Numbered from the stretch's first letter, positions 38,482 through 48,615 are shown. The stretch is DNA of 64,000 bases from an uncultured Verrucomicrobiae bacterium (GCA_963772365.1 CAVYXA010000001.1:1733267-1797266), one strand, 5' to 3'. The notes: generated from the letters alone by a model not told the origin. Translations and numbers: made by a program.

Positions 38482-40545
38482 CTACTTCGGTGCACGCGCG
38501 GCAGCGATTTTTTCGAAGCGCGGATCTTTGCGCAACGGATCCCACGCCGGGTCGGTGCGTAGGGACGCGTCGGATACGTAGAAGCCTGCCGGTGCGGCCA
38601 GCAGTTGTTCGATGTGTTTGATGGCCGACTCGTGGTTGCCGAACTGCGCTTCGACCACGGCTAGCTGATAGAGATACCACGCGCCACTCAGCACGTCCTG
38701 CGACATCGGCAACAACTCGGTCGCGCGGCGGCCAACCTGCAAGGCCGCCTCCTTTTCTCCCAGCCCGGCATGAGCGAGCGCGAGATAGCTCATTATCCCG
38801 GCCGATTCGCCCTCGCCGCGTCGTTTTTCCTCCAAGGCCTGCTTCGCTTCGAGAAACGCAGAGCGCGCCGCTTCCTTTTCACCTTTCGCCGCCAACGCCT
38901 GCCCGCGCCACAACGTCGCCGGCATCAGGAGCCCGTCCGTCGCCGTGTTGAGCCAGGCCGGTGCTTTCGCCAGGACAGCGAGTGCGACGTCGGGCTGGCG
39001 CATGGCCATCGCCAAATAACAGCGCTGAAGCGAGACGGCGCCTTGCGGATCAAGCTCCGCCGGCCCGGATGCCAGCACTTTACTCGCCGCTTCCATCTCG
39101 CCGCTCAGTTGCAGCGCACCGGCGCGATAGACATAGGCATACGCATTATCCGGAGCCAGCGCGGTCGAGCGAGCAAAGGCCGCATCAGCTTCGGCATAAC
39201 GGCGCAGACAAGCCAGCGTGACTCCGATCTCACGGGCCAGATCGGTATCACGCGGATCGAGCGTGGTCGCCTGCTCGAATTCCGGAATGGCCTGTAGGAG
39301 GTTGCCCTGCCGGCGGTGCACGCGTGCCATGGCTTTGAGGACCTCCGCGTCGTTAGGCAGACTGGCCCGAGCGATGGCAAACTCGGCCAGGGCCGCGGCG
39401 TAGTCGCGATGGCCCCAATAGTGGACGTAGCCCATGGCCAGATGCGCTTCGGCCAAATCAGGCTGAAGTGTCAGGGCACGCGCCGCGGCCGCTCGTGCTG
39501 CGGCGATGGCCGGCGCTGTCGGGTCGATCCCGAACCAGTAGACGATGGATTTCAGATAAGAGAGTTGCGCGCAGGCGAGCGCGAAATTCGGGTCGGCTGC
39601 AATGGCGCTTTCGTAGAAGCCTTCTGCCTTGCGCGCGACCTCGTCCGGGTTCTCCGAGCTGGTCCAAATGATTTGATTCAGGAAATATTCGGCCTTGAGA
39701 AAGTCGTCGTAGGCCTGCGGACTCTCCGTCGGCACATGCGCAATGCGCGCCGACTCGGCCGGAAGCAACTGCGCCTTCAGCGCGTCCGCCACGGTCTGCG
39801 CGATCTCGCTTTCGACCGCGAAAATATCTTTGATATCTCGATCGTAGGTTTCTGCCCACAGATGCGCATCGGTGGCGGCGTTGATCAACTGCACATTAAC
39901 GCGCACCGCGGCGCCGACGCGCTGCACGCTGCCTTCCAGGGCGTGGGCGACGCCGAGCTGTTTGGCAATTTCCCGAAGATTGTCTGGGCGGCTCGCGTAG
40001 CGCCTAGTCGAGGTCCGCGAGATCACCTTCAAGGCACTGATGTTGGCGAGCCGGGTAAGGATTTCGTCCTGAATGCCATCGACAAAGTAGGCGTTGGCTT
40101 TGTCTTCGCTCAGGTTCTCGAATGGCAGCACCGCGATCGACTTTTCCGGAATTGCTGTAGCCGCCTCGCTCTGTCGAGGCGCCGATGCCGATCTTGGCCG
40201 CAAGAATTGGAAGACCAGCAAACCAGCCGCGATTACCGCCAGTGCCACCGTAATCCCAACGATCTTGCGCCCTGTTCGCCGTCTTATCGCCTCGTTAGGC
40301 GCAACATCTTCCGAGCGTTTGATTCCTTCCGGCGTGATTTCAAAAGCCCACGACAGAACGAGCGCCGCTGGAAAACCGAGGATCACAAGCAGCACCACCA
40401 GACGCACCGCCCAATTTGGAATCTCGAAAAAGGGAAAGACCTGGGTCGCGACCTGAATCAGGAGCCACGCCACGACCACGTAGGCGACCGCCACCTTATA
40501 AACGTTGCGCCGTTGCAGCTCGGAGAGAAACCTTTTGTAATCCAC
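38482..40545 (-). CDS. Membrane-anchored TolB-N-like/TPR protein (array member 2)
   Basis: Same architecture, divergent TPR region. Confidence 0.85.
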   Translation of the reverse strand: MDYKRFLSELQRRNVYKVAVAYVVVAWLLIQVATQVFPFFEIPNWAVRLVVLLVILGFPAALVLSWAFEITPEGIKRSEDVAPNEAIRRRTGRKIVGITVALAVIAAGLLVFQFLRPRSASAPRQSEAATAIPEKSIAVLPFENLSEDKANAYFVDGIQDEILTRLANISALKVISRTSTRRYASRPDNLREIAKQLGVAHALEGSVQRVGAAVRVNVQLINAATDAHLWAETYDRDIKDIFAVESEIAQTVADALKAQLLPAESARIAHVPTESPQAYDDFLKAEYFLNQIIWTSSENPDEVARKAEGFYESAIAADPNFALACAQLSYLKSIVYWFGIDPTAPAIAAARAAAARALTLQPDLAEAHLAMGYVHYWGHRDYAAALAEFAIARASLPNDAEVLKAMARVHRRQGNLLQAIPEFEQATTLDPRDTDLAREIGVTLACLRRYAEADAAFARSTALAPDNAYAYVYRAGALQLSGEMEAASKVLASGPAELDPQGAVSLQRCYLAMAMRQPDVALAVLAKAPAWLNTATDGLLMPATLWRGQALAAKGEKEAARSAFLEAKQALEEKRRGEGESAGIMSYLALAHAGLGEKEAALQVGRRATELLPMSQDVLSGAWYLYQLAVVEAQFGNHESAIKHIEQLLAAPAGFYVSDASLRTDPAWDPLRKDPRFEKIAAARAPK

Positions 40546-40617
40546 CGGCCTTAGCTTGGCAGAAAAGCGGCCGTTTACCCAGCCTTTCCCATCAATCGAC
40601 TAAAGGAGAAATTTATC

Positions 40618-40704
40618 GGCCACAGAATGGCCACGGGTGAACCCCGGATTTTAAAAAACCTGGTTCCCGCTCTATCCGTGAAAATCCGTGTTCATCCGTG
40701 GCCT
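40618..40704. repeat. CACGGA/ATCCGTG-type intergenic inverted repeat
   Basis: GGCCACAGAATGGCCACGG ... ATCCGTGAAAATCCGTGTTCATCCGTGGCC. Confidence 0.6.
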
Positions 40705-40706
40705 AA

Positions 40707-42761
40707 TCACTGTTCACAAAGCTTTTGAAAGCGCGGATCGTTGCGCAACGGATCAAACATCGGGTCGAGGCGGAGCAGAGCCGGGGTCAATGGGACTTGC
40801 CCTCCACCCAGCGGACCTTCGTACGGGACTGAGAGTAATTTTTGCAATGCGGCGATGGCTCGTTCTGGTTCTCCAACTTGCGCCGCCACTCGAGCGAGAA
40901 TCTCGATCGGAGCAGGACCATCGAAAGCGTCTTTTTCGATCGGCATCGCGGCAATGGCCTTTTGCGAGAAATCCAAGGCAGCTGCCTTGTTGCCAAGGCC
41001 CATTTTCGTTAGGGCCAGATCATAAAGCAGATTGTAATTGCTCGACTGCTCTTTGAGAAAAGGTTCCAGCTCGCGATCCGCGGTGCGCCAACTTTCCTGC
41101 GCGGCAGCGTGGTCGCCGGCAACGTCCTGGGCCCACCCTAACCAAAAGCGAAGCTCACCCGTAAAGTAACCCCACGCCGGATCAGGCGTGGCGAGTAACT
41201 TCCTTAGCCGCGGGATGGCTGGCGCTGGACGGCGCTCCAGGATCGCCTGATAAACCTGAGTGTATAAGACATTGGAATCGTCGGCCGGCGGACGAAGTGG
41301 CGCCAGCAGGGCGGCGGCTCGGGGGAGATCGCCCTCCGCCTGAGCGATCGCTGCTTTGACCGCGAGAGTATCCATATCGTTAGGCGTGATCTTCAGTATC
41401 TGGTCAAACTTTCGCAACGCCTCCGCGAAACGACGGCGCGCAATGTTGGATTGGCCATGTTGTCCGAGAACATAGACGTTCCGAGGATCGAGCCGTTCGG
41501 CCGCGCTGAAGTAAGCTGCGCTCTCGTCCCACAAACCCTGCCGTCGCGTCACGGAAGCGAGCGATTCAGGGATCCGGCTGCTATTCGGCAAAAGCGGCCG
41601 CGCGCGCTCGAAGTAACTCACGGCGGTATCGTAATCCTTCAGACAGGCATAATGATAGTAACCCTCGGCGTGAAGCGCTTCACCCAGATCGGGCTCAAGT
41701 GCGAGCGCCGTCGCCGCCGCCTGCCGCGCCTCTTCCCGGAGCGCGATCGTGGGTTGCAGTGTCTGGGTCAGGTAACCGCGAGCATCGACAAAGGAAAGCA
41801 GCGTCCAGGCAAGAGCAAATTTCGGGTCCAGCCGAACGGCTTCCCTGAGATACTTTTGCGCTCCGCGAGAGTTAGCGGCCGAGTTAGCCGATTTCAGATT
41901 GTAAGCGAGCCCGCGCAGATAGGCATCGTAAGCATCCGGACTTTCCGTCGGCCGGTCGGCAATGACCTGCTTCTCGCGGCCTGTCAGCCTGGCCTGTAAC
42001 TGGTCGGCAATAGCTTTGGCCACATCGGTCTCAACCGAGAAAATATCTATCAGTTTGCGATCGAAGCTGTTTGCCCAAAGATAGGAGTTATCGGCCGCGC
42101 CGATCAATTGCACATTAATGCGGACTTCGTTGCCGATTTTCTGCACACTACCTTCCAGGAGATGAGCGACGCCCAATTCCCTAGAGATCTCGAGCAAGTT
42201 TTGCGGCGTGCTTCCATAGTGCTGAGTCGAAGTGCGGGAGATAACCTTTAGATCCGCGATCTTGGACAGACGCGTTCGGATCTCGTCCTCAATGCCCTCG
42301 GCGAAGTAAGCATTGGCTTTTTCCGCGCTCAGATTCTCAAAGGGCAGGACGGCGATCGACTTGCGATCGACCTCAGGTACAGGTGGAGCCTGCTTTCCTC
42401 GCTCGCTGGCTTGTTGCGAGTGCAATAATCGAAACAGCATTAGTCCCGCTGCAGCGCCGGCCACGACAACGACTACAGCGGTCAGCTTGCGACCGGTCTT
42501 ACGAGCGACTTTGCGATCAACCTCGCTCTCTCGCTTAATTCCCTCGGGCGTGAATTCAAAGGCCCAGGAAAGAACCAGAGCGATAGGAAACCCGATCACC
42601 AGCGCGACCACGACCATCTGGATCGCCCAGTTCGGAATTTCGAAGAATGGAAAAACTTGGGTTGCGATTTGGATGAGCAGCCAGCTAACTACGGCATAAG
42701 CTACCGCAACCTTATAGACATTGCGGCGCCTCAGCTCGGCGAAGAAACCCTTTGAATTCAC
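40707..42761 (-). CDS. Membrane-anchored TolB-N-like/TPR protein (array member 1)
   Basis: Same architecture; GTG start at 42761 chosen by alignment with paralogs. Confidence 0.85.
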   Translation of the reverse strand: MNSKGFFAELRRRNVYKVAVAYAVVSWLLIQIATQVFPFFEIPNWAIQMVVVALVIGFPIALVLSWAFEFTPEGIKRESEVDRKVARKTGRKLTAVVVVVAGAAAGLMLFRLLHSQQASERGKQAPPVPEVDRKSIAVLPFENLSAEKANAYFAEGIEDEIRTRLSKIADLKVISRTSTQHYGSTPQNLLEISRELGVAHLLEGSVQKIGNEVRINVQLIGAADNSYLWANSFDRKLIDIFSVETDVAKAIADQLQARLTGREKQVIADRPTESPDAYDAYLRGLAYNLKSANSAANSRGAQKYLREAVRLDPKFALAWTLLSFVDARGYLTQTLQPTIALREEARQAAATALALEPDLGEALHAEGYYHYACLKDYDTAVSYFERARPLLPNSSRIPESLASVTRRQGLWDESAAYFSAAERLDPRNVYVLGQHGQSNIARRRFAEALRKFDQILKITPNDMDTLAVKAAIAQAEGDLPRAAALLAPLRPPADDSNVLYTQVYQAILERRPAPAIPRLRKLLATPDPAWGYFTGELRFWLGWAQDVAGDHAAAQESWRTADRELEPFLKEQSSNYNLLYDLALTKMGLGNKAAALDFSQKAIAAMPIEKDAFDGPAPIEILARVAAQVGEPERAIAALQKLLSVPYEGPLGGGQVPLTPALLRLDPMFDPLRNDPRFQKLCEQ

Positions 42762-42903
42762 AGCGGCGCCTTTGCCATAAGTCGATGTGCGGCCAATCAT
42801 ACATCACTGCAAAGCGCACGCACCAGTCGAAAGCCCGGAGCAAACGGCTTGAAAATCCATAGGGCTCGTTCAAGGTCTTAGCCCTACAGAAGGAAACCAA
42901 TTT

Positions 42904-44337
42904 ATGTCACACGTTGCGACGGAATCGAAACGCCTCTTGTCTTACATTATTGCCGAATGGGCGTGCGCCCTGAAATTCGAACATCTATCGCCGGAAGCGG
43001 TCCAGGCGGCGAAACTATTTTGGTTCGATTCCATCGGTTGTGCGCTGGGCGGAAGCCAGCAGGAAGACGCCAAGATTTTGCTGAAGCATTACCGCGCGAT
43101 GGGAAGTGAAAATGGTAAAGCGACCGCATTTGTCTCCGGGTTCAAAACCAACCCGGTCGATGCGGCGTTTCTAAATGGTCACATGATCCGGGCCATGGAT
43201 TACAACGACATTTACTGGAAAGCTGATCCGTGTCATCCCAGCGATCTCATCGCCGCGCCGCTAGCCCTTTGTGAAAGCGAAAGACTCAGCGGCAAAGATC
43301 TGATCCTGGCAACGATCATCGCCTACGAAATTGAAATGCGACTGTGCGAAATCGGGCGTCCGGGTGTGCGCGAATATGGCTGGCATCATGCAACATTGAG
43401 CGCGTTTGCCGCACCAGTTGCGGCTGGACGCGTTCTTAATCTCACGCCGGAACAGATGGTTTCCGCGATCGGGATCAGCGCGGCGCGAACATTTTGTCCG
43501 GGAGCGGTCACGGCCGGCAAGTTGACCAATATGAAGAACACTGTCGATCCCTGGGCCGGGCGAATGGGCGCGGAGAGCGCGCTGTTGGCGCGCGAAGGAT
43601 TTTCCGGGCCCGAACACATTATCGATGGCAAAGAAGGGCTCTTTGCCGTGTTCAAGCACGTGCAATACAAAGGCGAGCCCGCGACTTTTGATGGCGAAGG
43701 ATTGGTGAAAGATCTGCCGACTTCACCGAAATCGCATTATCGGATTCTCGATTGCGGAATGAAGAGTTTCCCGATCGAAGCCCTCAGTCACGCACCGCTC
43801 ACGGCCATGATGAAAACGGTGAAGGAAAACAACATCAAAGCGGATGACGTTAAAGAAATCAAAGTCGAAGTGATCGCGCGCGCCGCCGATATTCTGGGCG
43901 ATCCGCACAAATACCGGCCGGATTCGAAAGAAACCGCCGATCATTCACTGCCATATTGCATGGCCGTCGGTCTCGTTGACGGAATGGTCACGCCATTGCA
44001 ATTCAAAGAAGAACGCGTTCTCGACAAGTCGCTCATTCCGATCATGGACAAAGTGAAAGTGGTCGCGAACGACGAGTTCGAAGCGCTCTTTCCAAAATTC
44101 CAGCCAAGCCGGGTGACCATTACAACGAACGATGGCAAAGAACACTCAACCCGTGTGGACGTTCCCAAAGGCGATCTGCGCGATCCGATGACTGAGGACG
44201 AGATCGCCATCAAATTCACCGCGCTTGGCGGCGATGTGATCGGCAAAGATCGATGCAAAAAATTGCAGCACGCGATCATGAACATCGACAGCGCCGAAAA
44301 AGTTGATGAACTGTTCGCGTTAACGATCGCGCGGTGA
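42904..44337 (+). CDS. prpD: MmgE/PrpD-family dehydratase
   Basis: DSIGCALGG, MDYND, HPSD, ETADHSLPY. Confidence 0.85.
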   Translation: MSHVATESKRLLSYIIAEWACALKFEHLSPEAVQAAKLFWFDSIGCALGGSQQEDAKILLKHYRAMGSENGKATAFVSGFKTNPVDAAFLNGHMIRAMDYNDIYWKADPCHPSDLIAAPLALCESERLSGKDLILATIIAYEIEMRLCEIGRPGVREYGWHHATLSAFAAPVAAGRVLNLTPEQMVSAIGISAARTFCPGAVTAGKLTNMKNTVDPWAGRMGAESALLAREGFSGPEHIIDGKEGLFAVFKHVQYKGEPATFDGEGLVKDLPTSPKSHYRILDCGMKSFPIEALSHAPLTAMMKTVKENNIKADDVKEIKVEVIARAADILGDPHKYRPDSKETADHSLPYCMAVGLVDGMVTPLQFKEERVLDKSLIPIMDKVKVVANDEFEALFPKFQPSRVTITTNDGKEHSTRVDVPKGDLRDPMTEDEIAIKFTALGGDVIGKDRCKKLQHAIMNIDSAEKVDELFALTIAR

Positions 44338-44354
44338 GCTTGGGGAGCCGCTTG

Positions 44355-44466
44355 AAAAGCGATGCGAGGACGCATCGCACTCCAAAAGCGCTTTGTGCGA
44401 AACTTCAAAAAGCGTTGCGACATTTCGCGAAGCTTTCGGAGTGCGGCCCGTTCTCGCGTCGCTTTC
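44355..44466. repeat. Long imperfect inverted repeat between convergent genes (REP-like; possible terminator)
   Basis: AAAGCGATGCGAGGACGCATCGCACTCCAAAAGC ... GCTTTCGGAGTGCGGCCCGTTCTCGCGTCGCTTT. Confidence 0.75.
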
Positions 44467-44474
44467 GGGAAGCG

Positions 44475-46010
44475 TTACGCCGTCCCGCTTCCTTCGCCTG
44501 CGCCGAATTGAATTCCCTGCGCTAGCGGGAGCTCAGTCGAGAAATTGATCGTGTTGGTTTGACGCCGCATGTATTGCTTCCAGCAATCGCTTCCGCTTTC
44601 GCGGCCGCCACCGGTTTGCTTTTCGCCGCCAAACGCGCCACCGATTTCCGCGCCGCTCGTTCCGGTGTTTACGTTAGCGATTCCACAATCGCTGCCGGCG
44701 ACACTCATAAACTTCTCTGCTTCACGAGCGTCGCTTGTGAAGATCGACGAGGTCAATCCCTGCGGCACATTATTATGGATCGACAGCGCCTCATCGAAGT
44801 CGCGATACGTCATCAAATAAAGCAGCGGCCCGAACGTTTCGTGACAAACGATCTCAAAATCCGGCTTCGCATTTGCCAGACACGGCGTCATGTAACAATC
44901 GCCAGGTATTTTCAGTTTCTCACCGCCGTAGAGAACTTCGCCCCCTTCGTCCTTCAGCCGCTGAATCGAATGCTGCACCATGTCCACGGCGTTCTTATCG
45001 ATCAATGGCCCCATCACCGTTTTCCGATCTAGCGGATTACCGATCGGCAATGACTTGTAGGCGGCCAACAATTTGTCGCGCACTTTCGATGCGACAGATT
45101 CGTGCATAATCACGCGCCGCGTCGAAGTGCAACGTTGTCCGGATGTCCCCACCGCGCCGAAGAAGATCGATTGAACCGCCATGTCGAGGTCCGCGCTCGG
45201 CGCGACAATGAGCGCATTGTTACCGCCGAGTTCAAGGATAGTTCGTCCGAGGCGCCCGTTCACAGCTTTGGCCACGCTGAAGCCCATGTTTGTCGAGCCG
45301 GTCGCTGAAACCAATGGAATGCGCGGATCGTCTGCGAGCTTTTGGCCAACGGTTTTCCGGTCGCCCATCAGCAAGGTGAAAATCGCCGGATCAGCGCCCG
45401 TCTCCCGGCAAACCTGCTCGGCAATTTTCGTAACCGCAATTGCTGTGAGTGGAGTTTTTTCAGAAGCTTTCCAAACTGTCGCATCACCGCATACCGCCGC
45501 CAAAGCTGCGTTCCACGACCAAACTGCGACCGGAAAATTAAATGCGCTAATCACTGCAATCACCCCTAACGGGTGCCATTGCTCCATCAAACGATGATTC
45601 GGTCGCTCGGATTGAATTGTGAGACCGTAAAGCATCCGCGACTGACCGACGGCCAGATCGCAAATGTCGATCATCTCCTGCACTTCGCCTTCGCCTTCGG
45701 CAATGATCTTACCGGTCTCCATCGTCACAAGCTGGCCGAGCTCGTGTCTCAATTCGCGCAAACCATTGCCGAGCCGGCGAACAGTCTCGCCCCGCACCGG
45801 AGCCGGCGTAACACGCCATTTCAAGAACGCTTCTTGCGCCCGCGCGATCGCCTTATCGTAATCGTCATCCGATGCGGTGCGCACGGTGGCCAGCCGTTGG
45901 CCGTCAATCGGAGAAATCTTGTCGATCTTCGCGCCATCTCCACGCCATTCGCCATCGAAGACGCCGTCGTTTACATCGGACAGGCCGAGCTTTTCAAAGA
46001 GTTGCTTCAT
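44475..46010 (-). CDS. ALDH7-type aldehyde dehydrogenase (aminoadipate-semialdehyde / P6C dehydrogenase)
   Basis: SAFNFP, LELGGNN, GQRCT, GAEIGGAFGGEK; downstream of lat. Confidence 0.88.
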   Translation of the reverse strand: MKQLFEKLGLSDVNDGVFDGEWRGDGAKIDKISPIDGQRLATVRTASDDDYDKAIARAQEAFLKWRVTPAPVRGETVRRLGNGLRELRHELGQLVTMETGKIIAEGEGEVQEMIDICDLAVGQSRMLYGLTIQSERPNHRLMEQWHPLGVIAVISAFNFPVAVWSWNAALAAVCGDATVWKASEKTPLTAIAVTKIAEQVCRETGADPAIFTLLMGDRKTVGQKLADDPRIPLVSATGSTNMGFSVAKAVNGRLGRTILELGGNNALIVAPSADLDMAVQSIFFGAVGTSGQRCTSTRRVIMHESVASKVRDKLLAAYKSLPIGNPLDRKTVMGPLIDKNAVDMVQHSIQRLKDEGGEVLYGGEKLKIPGDCYMTPCLANAKPDFEIVCHETFGPLLYLMTYRDFDEALSIHNNVPQGLTSSIFTSDAREAEKFMSVAGSDCGIANVNTGTSGAEIGGAFGGEKQTGGGRESGSDCWKQYMRRQTNTINFSTELPLAQGIQFGAGEGSGTA

Positions 46011-46174
46011 AGGTGGATCGGCTTCTCCGAAGACGATGTTAAACTAATCGCCAACGGCGCAAAATAACTGCGAACCTGCCCGTGCAAAAGTTTGGCGTCA
46101 CAGGCGCAGTTTGTTTGAGAACGCGTTAGGGATGATGCGCTCCATCCCGCGTGCACAGCCGAGATAAGGCACGT

Positions 46175-47560
46175 TCATTTGCGCTCGCGGCAATACTTGT
46201 GCATCAGCTTCATCGCCTCATCGACAACATCCGCGGTCATGTCGAGCGCTGGCCGGAACCGGATGGAGTTTTCTCCCGAGCGCAACGTCAGAATGCCAAG
46301 GTCGAACAAACCTTTCCACATCTCTTCGCGCGTTTTCGGATCCGGTAGATCAAAGGCCAGAAACAAGCCGCGTCCGCGGACCGCATTAATGAAATCGAAA
46401 GAACCTTGCAGTTCGCGTAGTTGATCCAGAAAATACGCGCCTACCTTTGCCGCGTTCTCGACCAGGTGTTCTTCTTCAATGATCTGGAGGTAATGCGTGG
46501 ATCGCACCATGTCGGTAAAATTGCCGCCCCAGGTTGAATTCAATCGGCTCGATAGGCGAAAAGCGTTGTCCTTCACTTCGTCGAGACGCGGCCCTGCCAT
46601 CACGCCGCACACCTGGGCCTTCTTTCCAAAAGCCATCAGATCAGGCAGAACGTCGAAATGCTCGCAACACCAGTTACGCCCCGTTGCGCCCATGCCGCAC
46701 TGAATCTCGTCGAAAATGAGGAGGATCTCATTTTCATCGCAAATTTGGCGTAACTTCCGCAGCCATTCGCCGCGAAAATGATTGTCGCCGCCTTCACCCT
46801 GGATGGGCTCGATAATGATCGCGCAGATGTCGATGTTGCGTCTGTCGATAAATTCGCGGATCTCGCGCTCGGCTGTCGCTTCGCGTGCCATTACATCAGC
46901 TTCGCGCTTCGATTCCGGCAATGAAAAATCGATGCAGGGACAGGAAACACGCGGCCAATCGAACTTGGCAAACAGATCGGTTTTGCGCGGATCCGTGTTC
47001 GTCAGGCTCATCGTGTATCCGGTTCGTCCATGAAAGGCGCGCCGGAAATGCAAAATCTCCGTGCCGCGTTCGCCATGACCTGCCGCCATGTTCTTACGCA
47101 CTTTCCAATCCATCGCCGCCTTCAGGCAATTCTCGACCGCCAGCGCACCGCCTTCGATGAAGAGATAACGCCCGAGAGGAGGCAGCCCAACCACGCGTTC
47201 GAATGTTTGCACAAACTCCGCGTAATCTTCCGAATAAACATCGGAGTTCGCGACCTTGACCTTGGCCGCGCGCACGAGATCACGCTGCACCTCCCGTTGA
47301 TCGAAATGCGGATGATTGAATCCAACAGTAAGTGATCCGAAGAATCCGTAGAGATCGATCAGTTTTCGGTCGCTGTGCGAGTCGTAAATATATGAGCCGC
47401 GACTCTTCTCAAGATCGACAACGATTTTGAATCCGTCGAGCAGAACGTGTTGCTCGATCGTTTCCAGGACGTTCTCGGGCGCGACTCGCTTTATTTTTTC
47501 GCTCTTTGCAGTCCGGCTTCGAAGTGAAGCTGACTCCGTGAGCACGGGCGGCATACTCAT
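46175..47560 (-). CDS. lat: L-lysine 6-transaminase
   Basis: GALAVEN, AFHGRTGYTMSLT, EPIQGEGGD, FGKK, STWGG. Confidence 0.88.
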   Translation of the reverse strand: MSMPPVLTESASLRSRTAKSEKIKRVAPENVLETIEQHVLLDGFKIVVDLEKSRGSYIYDSHSDRKLIDLYGFFGSLTVGFNHPHFDQREVQRDLVRAAKVKVANSDVYSEDYAEFVQTFERVVGLPPLGRYLFIEGGALAVENCLKAAMDWKVRKNMAAGHGERGTEILHFRRAFHGRTGYTMSLTNTDPRKTDLFAKFDWPRVSCPCIDFSLPESKREADVMAREATAEREIREFIDRRNIDICAIIIEPIQGEGGDNHFRGEWLRKLRQICDENEILLIFDEIQCGMGATGRNWCCEHFDVLPDLMAFGKKAQVCGVMAGPRLDEVKDNAFRLSSRLNSTWGGNFTDMVRSTHYLQIIEEEHLVENAAKVGAYFLDQLRELQGSFDFINAVRGRGLFLAFDLPDPKTREEMWKGLFDLGILTLRSGENSIRFRPALDMTADVVDEAMKLMHKYCRERK

Positions 47561-47566
47561 CCGTTG

Positions 47567-47595
47567 ATCGTAGTCTGGGCGAGCAAACTGGTCAA
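47567..47595 (-). promoter_or_regulatory. Sigma70 promoter of lat (leaderless arrangement)
   Basis: TTGACC-N17-TACGAT-N6-ATG. Confidence 0.65.
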
Positions 47596-47860
47596 TGGCA
47601 GCCACGCATATGTCGGCAAACTCATTTTGGTCATCACGCCGGCCGCCAATTTTCCGCGTGAGGAACGGGAACTCTATCGCGACGTGCTGGCCCGCTGAGA
47701 AAACCGAAAGAGGTTTTTTCGTTATTGGAAGCTTCGGTTGTGAATCTGAGGCAATCCGCGGTTGCGAAGAAACTGAGAAGACGCTTGACAAAGAGAACGC
47801 AGTTCTTTCAAACTGCTGGTTTACCGAGGCAAAACGTAATTTTTCGTAATTTTTGAACCC

Positions 47861-48505
47861 ATGAAAACAAAACTCTCTCCAGCGCCAACAATCTCCTCCG
47901 TTCAATCCCAGCTGGGCCTCTGCGCCGCCGCGCTTGCCGGGACAGCAGCTGCCATCCCCACCGCCCAAGCAGACATTATTACCTACGACACGCCAGTTTC
48001 TGTTCCGCAAACATTCCAAGGCGTTTATATTAATCTGGCTACTGGCGAGGTTTTTCCTTCGCCGGGCCCCGGCTGGGACTTCAATCCCTATTCTTCGGGA
48101 GGAACTTTTGCCATTTATTGGGCGCCTCCATCTGCCGCTGGTGTTGCCACCGATCCTGGTTCTTCCACCTACGCGGACCTTGGTATTGGCTCAGTTATAG
48201 GTCCGTCATCGCCGTTTACTACGGAAGCTCTAGGCACGGATCCCAATTTCCTTACTGCCGGCACTCATGTGCTCGGATTTCGTTTTCTCAACGAGGGGAC
48301 CGGTGTCGTGGACTATGGTTATGCCTTCGTTCAGACAGGTGCGGGCACCGGTTTTCCGTTAACCATCCAGAGCTGGAGCTTCGAGAATAATGGCGGCCCG
48401 ATCATGGTCGTGCCCGAACCTACCACCACCGCTCTGCTGAGCGCGGTGGCTCTGGCCTTGGGCGCGATTGGAGTGCGTCGGTGGCGCCGCGGCAAGGCCG
48501 CATGA
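47861..48505 (+). CDS. PEP-CTERM exosortase-target surface protein
   Basis: Signal peptide; C-terminal VPEP + TM + RRWRR. Confidence 0.9.
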   Translation: MKTKLSPAPTISSVQSQLGLCAAALAGTAAAIPTAQADIITYDTPVSVPQTFQGVYINLATGEVFPSPGPGWDFNPYSSGGTFAIYWAPPSAAGVATDPGSSTYADLGIGSVIGPSSPFTTEALGTDPNFLTAGTHVLGFRFLNEGTGVVDYGYAFVQTGAGTGFPLTIQSWSFENNGGPIMVVPEPTTTALLSAVALALGAIGVRRWRRGKAA

Positions 48506-48615
48506 TACTCTGCCAAGATTTTTCGGCGCCTTGAGCCCTAAATCGTCGCTGAACTCGGCTCTCTCTTGTCAAGCTTTGTTAAGCTGCGAAATATGTCTCG
48601 GCGACTAACGAATTA

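Noticed and set aside
39316..40554. Long antisense ORFs (412 aa here; also 61366-62307, 4347-5150 and others)
   Set aside because: Shadow ORFs opposite well-supported genes in GC-rich DNA, with no recognisable motifs
31055..42761. Diversity-generating retroelement or integron explanation for the array
   Set aside because: No reverse transcriptase, TR/VR pair, integron integrase or attC-like sites were seen
47561..48019. N-terminal extension of the lat ORF in the six-frame track
   Set aside because: It overlaps the PEP-CTERM gene, and a clear promoter sits just upstream of ATG 47560
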